DNA of 64,000 nt, taken from contig JAAOMT010000112.1 of NCBI GenBank assembly GCA_016748015.1, positions 67,382-131,381 on the forward strand, given 5' to 3'. Position 1 is the first letter of the stretch. Each line of letters begins with the position of its first letter. Positions 28,977-38,525 of this stretch are shown here, piece by piece. The stretch is from Geosiphon pyriformis uo1 (taxonomy: Eukaryota > Fungi > Glomeromycota). The notes beneath the pieces were generated by a model. The model was given only the letters and a program-made list of their open reading frames with translations, had not been told where the DNA came from and did no database searches. The translations under genes were made by a program, and so were the position numbers.

Positions 28977-29645
28977 TCAAGATTGAGCTCCGTCGAAATC
29001 GAAGTTAATTTCTTCATTAAATTCTAAGTTACTATAGTGGTTCAATACTGTGTTATTAATTTGTTGTTGTAATTCTTGAAATTGCGAGTTGGTAAGTCGT
29101 CCAATACTGTTGGTTGTTATTATGTTCATGGTTGGGTCCAACAATAATTTGTGACAGTTTTCAAATGCTTTGAAAATTCTGTAAACTGTTTTTAAATGGA
29201 ATATAGTGTTGGTTTTTCTAATGAAAGGTTCTAATAGTTGGATAGTTGTTTTGTCAAACACTCTAGTTGAGTCTTTTGAGTATAATGTTTGTATGTTCAA
29301 GTGCTTTCCTAGTTGATAATAACAGTAATTAATTGGAAATTTCGTTTTCAAGTTGCTAAATGTGTCTGGTGTTAATTCACTTATTTCTATTTCTTCCATT
29401 ATTAATGTATTGTCCAATGCTATCTCTAATTTTTCAATAACTTTGCTAATAAATTTGTTGTTATATTTGGCAATATTATATGGTTCGAAATTATGTTCTT
29501 TTCTTGTTTTTGGATTTTCTATTGTTCTTTTTATGTATGTTATTTTGGAGCTATTAACTGTGATTTCTAGATCGGATTTTAATTGTTGTAAGCTTTTAAC
29601 TAATTGTTGAGTTATATTGTTGATGTTTTCTGGAATAAATATCAT
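28977..29645 (-). CDS. Gypsy-1 ORF3: 222-aa accessory protein of unknown function between integrase and PPT
   Basis: Open ORF whose stop abuts the PPT. Homologous to the disrupted ORF at the same position in Gypsy-2 (IP.NI..., ITV....I.Y, PY, Y..[L/I]GK.L, IG[R/K]LT...FQ). Confidence 0.8.
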   Translation of the reverse strand: MIFIPENINNITQQLVKSLQQLKSDLEITVNSSKITYIKRTIENPKTRKEHNFEPYNIAKYNNKFISKVIEKLEIALDNTLIMEEIEISELTPDTFSNLKTKFPINYCYYQLGKHLNIQTLYSKDSTRVFDKTTIQLLEPFIRKTNTIFHLKTVYRIFKAFENCHKLLLDPTMNIITTNSIGRLTNSQFQELQQQINNTVLNHYSNLEFNEEINFDFDGAQS

Positions 29646-29739
29646 TGTTTTAATTTTGACTATTATTTTGGAATCTTTTGCATGCGTTTTTATGGTTGTT
29701 AAATCATTTTTGCTGTGATCTAAGATTAATTATCTTTTC

Positions 29740-32437
29740 GAATAATGTTCAATTAAAACTATTGGTTCTAAATCTTGTGGAATTTGTTCTGGTAGAATTA
29801 AAGGTAATTGTGTTCCAATTCTGGGTGTTTTTGTTGTTATTACTGGTTTACTGTAATAGAATTTCAGCTGGTTACCATGTGCTGCTTTTCTTAATATTTT
29901 ATCATCTAGTCTTAGCTTGTATGCTCCATTTCCAAGTATTTCGTGAATATAAAATAGTTCATCCCACTTGTGATCAAATTTTCCACTTCACTGTTTTTCC
30001 ATTTTTGTATGATGCAACAATACTTTATCTCCAATTTTGTAGCTAATTATATTATCTGGTAACTGGTTATCATGTCTCACTTTTTGTTGTTCTTGTGATT
30101 GTTTAATATTTTGTGCTGCTTTTCTTCTTTTGTTTTCTAAAGTTCCCATTAATTCGTATGTTCTTCTAAGTAGTGTTTTCTGGAATGTTGCTTTCGTGAT
30201 AGTGTCACTTGGATAAGTTGGGATAGTAAGTTTAACAGGTAATATGGTTTTTCTTCCATAAACTAGTTCAAACAGTGTGAATTGTGTAGTATCTTGTTTT
30301 ACTGTTCTATATGCTAGTAGTACTGCTGGTATGAACAAATTCCATTCTTTTTCATGTTTGTTACTAATTTTCGCCAGTGATTCGCATAATGTGCGATTAA
30401 ATCTTTCAACTAATCCATTTGTTTGAGGGTGGTATGGTGATGACAGTGGTCGCTTGATTCCAAATTTTTGGCTAAGTTTTTTTAAGGTGCTGTTTACAAA
30501 GTGTGTGCCTTGATCTGATAGCAATTCTTGTGGACATCCATGTCAGCAAATTAAGTCTTCATGTACGAATTGAGCTATGGAAATAGCATCAGCTGTTTTA
30601 ATAGCTCTAGCTTCTGGCCATTTGGTGAGATAGTCCATGGCTACTGCAATATAATGGTTGTTTCTTGTTGTTATTGGTAAGGGTCTAACTAAATCAATTC
30701 TGATTCTGTCAAATGGCTGTTCAACTTTTATTGGTCTTAATAATTCCATTGTTTTTGCTCCTCCTCTTTGTTGGCATGGGTCACAATTTCTTATGTATTG
30801 GATTATGTCTGAATTCATTTTTGGCCAATAGTAACGGCTAGTTGCACGTTGGATGGTTGCTGTTTTTTCAAAGTGGCCTGAATGAATATTTGAGTGCATG
30901 TTAAATAAGATAGTTTCTTTTTCATCCATGGTTATAACTCTTAATAGATTATCTGAATTTTGTCGATTCTGGTAATAAAGTATGTGATTTTAGATGAAAT
31001 AGTGTTTTGCTAATTTTTGGAGCTTAATTAGCTCTTTTACTGGCATTTTTTTGTCTATTTGTAGTGTTTCCAAGTATTGGCTGAGGTTTTTATAAAGGTG
31101 GTTGTTCATTGTTGTTGTGGCGGGTGGGTTGGTGATTTTTATGTGTGTTTCATTCTTGACAAACAGTTGGCATTAGCATTTTTGGTACCTTCTTTGTATT
31201 TGATAATATAATCATATGGTGCTAATGTTTGTGACCATCTGGCATATTTTCCTTTTAGTGCTTTCTTGTTATTTAACCAGACCAGACCTCTATGATCTGT
31301 TGTAATCTCAAAGGGTTGGTACCATAAATATGTGTCAAAGTGAACACAACTCTAGACTACTGCTAAGCATTCAAGTTCATGTGTTGCGTAGTTTTGTTCT
31401 GCCGTACTGAAACTTCTGCTGGCATAAGCGATTACACGTTCTCTTCTATTATCATTTTTTTGTAACAGAATGGCTCCAAGTCCAGTTCCAGAGGCATTTG
31501 TGGCCAAAATGAATTTCTTGTTGAAATTCAGATAGATCATTATTAGTGATTCAATGAGCTTTTGTCTAAGGTACTCAAAAGCTTTTTGTTGTGCTTCAGT
31601 CCATTCAAACTTCACATTTTTAGATAGTAGGTAATTAAGGGGTTTGGCGATGTTTGAAAAGTTTTCTACAAAGTGGCGGTAGTAAAATGCGAGTCCTAAA
31701 AAGCTTCTAACTTCTGAAACATTTCGAGGTACTGGAAAATTTTTCACTTTGTCTATTTTTGATGGATCTGGTTTTATTCCATCTTTTCCAACTATGTGTC
31801 CTAAAAATGCTAGCTTATTTTTTCCAAAGAAACATTTTTTTAGATTTAGTTTAAGTTCAGTGTGTCTCAATCTCTCAAAAACTTGTTGTAAATGTTGGAG
31901 ATAATCCGTGAATTTTGACGAGAAAACATTTGTATCATTCAAGTAGACAACAACGGATTGCCACAGGATTCCGGAGTAAATTACGTCCATTAGTCTTTGG
32001 AATGTTGCGGGAGCGTTTGTTAATCCAAATGGCATTACATTGAACTCATAATTGCCATTTTGTGTTGTGAATGCTGTTTTATGCCTGTCCTTTGGGTCCA
32101 TTTCTACTTGCCAGTACCCACTGGTCAAGTCCAGTGTAGAAAACCATTTTGCTCCTCCAAAAACGTCAAAGATTTTGTCAATTAATGGTATTGGATATGA
32201 GTCTTTGGTTGTTTTGCTGTTTAGTTTGCGATAGTTGATGCAAAATCTAATTTTTCCGTTCTTTTTCCTTACTAAAACAACTGGTGAAGACCATGGGCTT
32301 ATTGATGGTTGTATTATTCCTTTTTCCAACATGCTTTGGACTTCTTCTCTGATAAAATTATGTTCAATTGGTGGGACATGGTAAGCGCATTGTTTTTCAG
32401 GTCTGGCGTCTCCAGTGGGGATTTGGTGTTGAACCAA
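29740..32437 (-). pseudogene. Gypsy-1 RT-RNase H-integrase, with stops
   Basis: RT: SPWSSPVVLV, LDLTSGYWQ, MPFGLTNAPATFQ, YLND (YLDD mutated). RH: TNAS..GLGAIL, NYATHELECL. IN: H..IH.GH...C..C, SDQGTHF, YHPQTNGLVERFN. GPF-like tail, no chromodomain. Confidence 0.93.
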
Positions 32438-32974
32438 GTTGGTTCTTCCAAATTCGCTATTTCTTGAAAATATATCAGAGTATTTTAAAATTAATGCTTT
32501 TAATTGTCACTGTTGGTCAGGATCCATTGTTCCAATGTTTAATTTGGCCAATTCTTCTGGCATAAATTGATAGCATTCTAACAGTTGTTGCCAATTTATT
32601 GAAGTGAGTTTACAGTAGAGGGCGATTTCTAAGAAATTTAAAATTTCTTGTGGTGTTGATGCATTTTCTAGCTCCGTTCTGAGGTATCCAATGATGGTAT
32701 TTTCCGGAATGTAGACGGGTTCTTCTGTGGTGTTTGCGATAGGAATTTTTATCCATTGAGCTTTATTAGCTGGAATAAAAAGGTTAGTAAGTCCTATGAG
32801 AAACTGTTGGCAAGTTTCTGGGTAGGGCTCAAATATTAGGTCTTTTTCTTTAATTGTCTTTTTTATTCTTATTTCTGATTTTCCATATGGTAGAAGCGTG
32901 ATGGACTGCTCATTTTTAATTACTTTGCCTTTTTCCTCTATTGTTTCAGCGAAATTCGCTTCAATTCCTTTTCC

Positions 32975-33365
32975 TGTCGATCTGAAACCAAAAGTTCCTC
33001 TTGTTGTTTGTGACAATTCCTCACAATTTTCCACTGGCACAAATTTCCCAATTTTTACCAATGATAGGAAAATTGCTTGTGCAATCTTTTCCTTAGATTC
33101 AATAGTATAAGGCTTTTCTGAATTGTTCTGTAGCAAAACCATCAAATTTCCAGTGTATTCGGAGTCAATTACTCCTCCTTGAATGCTTATTTCTTTTTTC
33201 ACGAGGCTTGATCGCAATGCCATTTGAACCATTATTCCTGGCGGAATTTCAACCACTATTTTTAGGTCAATTTTGGTGATGCTCCTGGGTGGTAACGTTG
33301 TGGATTGGTCTTCCGGATAACGTAGATTGAATCTGGCGTTGGTTGGATGGGCTCTTTCGGGTATT
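32975..33365 (-). pseudogene. Trimeric dUTPase domain in the Gypsy-1 pol region
   Basis: Five motifs in order: NARFNL (decayed AGFDL), RSSL, GGVIDSEYTG, IAQAIF, RGTFGFRSTG. Confidence 0.9.
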
Positions 33366-33529
33366 ATTTCTAAGTGCCCATTGTTGAAGTATCGGATGTC
33401 AGTCACCTGTTCTAGGTCAGTATAGGCTACAAATTTTTCTGATTCGAGACCATCAGGTAAGTCTTGTTGATTTATTGATTGATTTTGAGACTGCTGATTC
33501 TCAATTTCCATTTTTCTTTCTAAGTCTCT

Positions 33530-36500
33530 TTCGTCTTGACACTCTTCACAGCACTGATTTTGGCACGGGATGAGACAGTTTTCGCAGAGGTAAGTGTTAA
33601 TTTGGGCGAAGTATTGTTTTTGCTCTTGTCGAGTGGGGCATAGTTGTTGATAGTAGTCCTGGAATTTGTCCACTGGGTCGAACATGTTGTAGCTAGTGAC
33701 TTCGTTGGCTACTTCGGCTGACTCTTTCTAACGTTGTATTTCTTCAGCAGTTCCTTCTCTTACTTTGGCTTGTGCGGTGTTGTACAACTCGTCCTCATTG
33801 TGTGGGTAGTGCTGTAGTCTTTTTAATGCTCTGTTGAATGCTGCTTCGAATGGCATTCCTCCTCTTATCCAGTCACAGATGAGGATCATGTATTGGCAAG
33901 TTGCGTCACACGTCCCTCCTCTGCCTGGTAAGTCATTCCAGTCGCACCCTCTTGGTAATGGTTCTCCACAAACGAGGCACGGTTCCTCGTCCCATTTTCC
34001 GTGTCTTTCTGGGTAACCATATTTTTCTTTGTTACAACGGTTAGTGGGTGGGGTTTCTTGGGTCTTTGTCCAGTGCACTACATGCAGTCATAGATGAGAG
34101 TTTCTTTTTGCAAACTGAGCATTTTAGCTTTGGTCTGCGTCGCTGGTGGTTTCTTCGTGAACTTACCTGGTTCTATTCGGATCTTTCTTCACTGGTCCAC
34201 GTTGGTATGGCTGGTAGTCCTGTTCTTTGGTTATCAGCCCAAGAGAGCTAATAGGTTTCGATGACTGGTAGTGCTGGATTTTCCTCAAATTCGAAGGTAG
34301 GTCTTTGGTTGGCGCTGGGTTTTTGGAAGTGACCACAAGTGGCTGGAATTTTGGCCTGGTGGCCATTATAATTGATTAGAAGCTCTTGGGTGGTCCAGTC
34401 TAGGGTGGCGTTGGCTTTTGTTAGCCAGTCATTCCCTACTAACGCTTGATATTGTGTAGCGTCTATTACTAATACTTTTGTAGATATTACTATGTTGTTA
34501 ATTTCAAAAGGGAATGAGTCGATTTCGCCATGAGGCAGCTTTGTACTTCCATTGGCTGTTATAATTTGGGACATCACAGCACAATCAACTTTGAAACTCA
34601 GTTGGTTTACTAGTTGAAGCGTTACGATGCTTCTAGCGGATCCGCTGTTTAAGATAAGTTTGATTGGGGTATTGTTTACAGTGGCTTCCGTATACATAGC
34701 AGTGATTGGGCATTTTTCGTCCAATGTTGCTCCACTGAACATAGCCTCATTTTCCTCTAATTCAAAAGGAAAAATAGCTGCAAGGCTGCTATCTTTGGTG
34801 GCAACTGCTGGTGGTATTGTCTGGCTTAATTTGGAGGAATTCTTGGTTCTGTTTATGTTTCTACTGTCATTGTTTCTGATGATCAGGTTTTCCGGTATAT
34901 TAAGGTAAGTTTGTTGATAATTTTGGTAGTTTGGATTGGTTTGCTAATTGGTTCCGGCGCGGTTTGGATTCCTTTGGACCAACGCATTCTGGTTCCACAT
35001 GGGCTGATTTTGGGCCTCGGAATGCCAATTCAGGTTGGCTATCATGGGCTGTTGCTGGTAAGCTCCTTGATTTTGATATGTGATGAAATATTGGCATGGT
35101 ATTGGCATGTACTGGTTTCTGGGCATTTGGGGTGGCGCATAGTAATTATTTTCACGTGCTTCCTGCATCATTTGCGTTCGACATTGACTAATCAAATGTC
35201 CTACACGTTTGCAAAAATGGCAGGCGCGTGTTTCTGTTTTGAATTCCTGGCACGACGAGCGATTATTTCAACTGTTGCTGACTTTCTGGCTGTGTCTTTG
35301 GGGTGGTTGGTATGTATTTTTTCTCGGATCCGGGATGAGGTAACTTTCTATTTTCTTAGAGAGTTCCTCCCTTAATCGCATTACTCTTTTCTCTAATGTT
35401 TCTGTCTTATTTTCCTCCATTACTATGTTAATCATTTGACTATGGTTAGCTTCTTTCTCAGCCGATTCAAGAGCGCTGGTAAGCATAACGGCTTCTGGTA
35501 AGGAATTAGGGTGGGCAGGGCGTACTCTTCCTAAAATGCTGCTTTTTAATCCTCTAATAAACTGATTTAAAACCTGAGGATCAGTGTAGTATCCTTGTTC
35601 AATTGCTTCAATCTGACGGCGAATTCGATTGAATCGAGCAAGGTATTGGGTGACAGTTTCACTGGTATTTTGCTTGATAGTATTGAATTCATTCTGTAGC
35701 TGGATTACAGCATTTGGGTCACTAAAATACTCCAGGAGTGCATTTTTAAATTCGGCGAAGCTCGTGGGTTTTGTTTCCAGGCTTTGATACCATGAGTCGG
35801 CTGTGCCTTTCAGAAAGAAAGGTAATATTTGAATTGCTCTTTAGTTGTTCCAGTTATTTGCCTGGATGGCTTTTTGTGCTTCTCTGAGCCATGTGTGCAC
35901 GTTCGTTTCTTTTTCCTCTCCTGAGAAATCTGTTAGTCTTGCAATGTATGGTGTGGTTATTTCATTGCCGTTTTCTGCTGGTGGGTTTATTGGTCTAAGA
36001 GGAGGTGGGATGATATTTTCTTGAGTGTTCCTAAAGATGGCTTCCCTTATATCTGGTTCTTCCTCTTGATTACGAGTTTCTTGGTTTCTGGACTGGCTGC
36101 TTGTTCCAGTGACTGGTCTTATGATTGTTTTTTTGCTGGTCTCTTATTTGGATTCTGATTCAGACTCCTCTTTACGGTTTTCAAACCCCGTTCTAAATTT
36201 TGGCTGAAAAAGAGGGTTTTGGAATAGTGATGAATATCCTTCTGTAATTGGTATGTCTTTCCAGTTACGTTGTTTAATTTTATCAATATAACTAGGAGTT
36301 CTTGGCGTTTGTGGAGTTGATGTTGATGATGATGCAGCTCTTAATGGAATTTGTATTTTATTTTCTGGTGAAAAATGGTATGATTTATCTTCTGGTGAAT
36401 AAATACGTTGTTTCTTTATTGATTAAGTGACAGTTTTCTTTGGCGTTTGAGCTGGTGTTCCTAGTTTTTGCTGGTTACTTTCCTGATTAGTTTCTAAATT

Positions 36501-36839
36501 TTCTTTGGTTTTGTTGGCACGTTCCTTAGTGTTTCCTGTGGATATTGGAAAATTTTTGTTGGCGTATTGCTCAATTTTTCGATGGATTTTGACAATAGTT
36601 GTGGCTATTACTGCTACTTCTTTTGTAGTGTATTGTGATAATTCTCTATACAATCCAAGTTTTGCGTCGTGTGGTTCTTCTTCCTTTCCTATATGATAAT
36701 TTATTCTGGCGTTGATATAATAAGTAAGAGCAGATTCTGCTGGACAACACCCTTCTGGTAATCCAAGATCACTTTGATTTTGTGTGTAAATAGCATGGCA
36801 GAATTCAAGAACAGTAAGATTAGGGGTTTTTGTCGCCAC
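33530..36839 (-). pseudogene. Gypsy-1 gag (capsid plus CCHC knuckle), aspartic protease and Cys-rich insert
   Basis: Retrotrans_gag-like IARLTDFSG...WL...W...LPFFLKGTADSWY; knuckle CHFCKRVGHLISQC (~35180-35222); protease LILNSGS (DSG mutated)...LVGNDWL (34248-34742); CxxC-rich segment at ~33530-34130. Confidence 0.88.
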
Positions 36840-36921
36840 TTTTGTCTTTTCCTTTTTAGCAATGAATTATTGCTAATTATTATTTCCTTTTTGATTTTCT
36901 TTCCTCGTAGGGTTCACCAAA

Positions 36922-37448
36922 TGTTATGGAATGGTTTTCTTGTTATATTTAATTGCTGATATCCCGCTTTAATTGCAATCAGTCTTTCGTGAGTTCCTCA
37001 ATTCTATTTGTGTGATAATGTTACTGNNNNNNNNNNNNNNNNNNNNNNNNNNNNNNNNNNNNNNNNNNNNNNNNNNNNNNNNNNNNNNNNNNNNNNNNNN
37101 NNNNNNNNNNNNNNNNNNNNNNNNNNNNNNNNNNNNNNNNNNNNNNNNNNNNNNNNNNNNNNNNNNNNNNNNNNNNNNNNNNNNNNNNNNNNNNNNNNNN
37201 NNNNNNNNNNNNNNNNNNNNNNNNNNNNNNNNNNNNNNNNNNNNNNNNTTTGATATTTCAACCTGGTGTTTGCTGCTATCACCAGTTGGTGTTGGCTGCT
37301 ATTGTGAACTGGTGCTTGCCACTATCGCGAGATGGTGTTTGCTACTATGTTAATCATTACCTTTCTAAGATTATTACTGTGCTATATTATGATTGAATAG
37401 TTTGTATTATTTTTATGATTCTTTTTGCTAAATTTTTAAACCGTAACA
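36922..37448 (-). repeat. Gypsy-1 5' LTR (contains assembly gap 37027-37248)
   Basis: TGTTATGG...CCGTAACA; flanks match 28260-28963. Confidence 0.88.
37027..37248. other. Assembly gap (N run) inside the Gypsy-1 5' LTR
   Basis: Run of n. Confidence 0.99.
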
Positions 37449-38384
37449 CTGCCAACGTCGCTTCCCCAGGATACCACAGGTTTGACACCAACAACACCAA
37501 TATCTTCAAGGCTCAAAGGGCCAGCAGAAGAGTCCACAATACCACCAGTCACTGGCACTTTTGGCTTCTTATAGAATGCACTATGGGAGTAGACAGTGTC
37601 CACATGCTTTTTTTTCCTATTCGGACAGGTCCCCAAACCAGTCAAACCAGCACCAAAACTATCAGCAGACATGCCTGTAGGTTCCATAATGACAAAAATA
37701 GGAGTATCTGAAGAAATAACTGATAAAGAAAGAGGGGAAAGGGAAAATAAAAGAAAAAAAACACTATAACTTTGTCAAAAAAATTTTTTTTTTGCTCTCG
37801 TCATGGGCAGGTGATCAACAAAACTATAATTATTATTAATTAAAAATTTTAATATTTTATTAATTATTATAATCAAAAATAATTAATCTAAATTATTAAA
37901 ATTCTAAAAATGTTTATATTAAATATATTTGATCTGAAATAAAAATAAATAAAAACAGATAATTAGATTTTAATAATCAGATTTTTTTAAACTTATAAAA
38001 GTTTAAAATCTGAATATTAATAGTTTTATTTTAATTTAATAAGAAATAGAAGAAATAATAAGATAAAAAATGGTTTTAAAAACTAAGAATATAAGTTAAT
38101 ATGAATTTAATTCTTGTCTGTTTTATTTATTTATTAAAACTACTTGTTTTTATACATAATTTTTAATCTTATAAGATTGTTTTTAATTACTTATTATTAT
38201 TAATTATTGCTTATTATATTAACTATTGTTTTATTTTTTTATATTATAATTGATTATTTTATATAATTATTAATTATTTTATGTTATTTTGTGTTATTTT
38301 ATATTATTTTATGTTATTTTGTGTTTTTATATAATAATTATGTTTTTTCAATGTTTTTTTATTGGTTTTTTTACTTGAATAATA

Positions 38385-38525
38385 ATGTATTAGTCAATAA
38401 TATATAATTAATCCTTTTATTTTTAAATAATAATTATTAACTTGATTAATAATTTGATTGTTAATCTAATTATAAATTTAGTTATTGATTATTTTTAATA
38501 ATTATATAAATAATAAATATTTTAA
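38385..38525. repeat. AT-rich dispersed repeat, inverted partner of 57760-57955
   Basis: atgtattagtca...tatttttaaata...ttagttattgat.atttttaataattatataa matches the reverse complement of 57760-57955. Confidence 0.55.

Larger units (their letters stand above)
28260..37448 (-). mobile_element. Gypsy-1: full-length Ty3/Gypsy LTR retrotransposon (gag-PR-Cys domain-dUTPase-RT-RH-IN-ORF3) inserted in LINE-A ORF1
   Basis: LTRs at 28260-28963 and 36922-37448 (the latter gapped) with TG...CA ends. TSD CTGC at 28256-59 and 37449-52. PBS TGGTGAACCCTACGAGG next to the 5' LTR; PPT AAGGAGGAGATAA next to the 3' LTR. PR-RT-RH-IN domain order. Confidence 0.95.
20720..37790 (-). mobile_element. LINE-A: decayed full-length non-LTR retrotransposon (ORF1; ORF2 APE-RT-RNase H-C-terminal Cys motif), interrupted by a solo LTR and by Gypsy-1
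   Basis: T-rich tail at 20720-20740. RNase H (VYTD...ELQAIALAL...SDSQSAL...WHKVKSH), RT (GLDQGEVFSPLLW, AFVDDTI), APE (TCNV..., ITETKL). ORF1 pieces at 26543-28259 and 37449-37687. Frames rejoin across both insertions once the TSDs are removed (LDLA|VPDFHN; SDVGS|IASSISG). The 5' end is approximate. Confidence 0.9.

Noticed and set aside
28977-29645. ORF3 as a retroviral-type envelope gene
   Set aside because: Too short; no signal peptide, fusion peptide or transmembrane segment.
29740-29990. Chromodomain at the integrase C-terminus
   Set aside because: Translation gives only a GPF-like tail and a short Pro-rich end. No chromodomain aromatic-cage pattern in either element.
36973-37353. ORFs spanning N runs (also 18558-18749)
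   Set aside because: Artefacts of translating assembly gaps.
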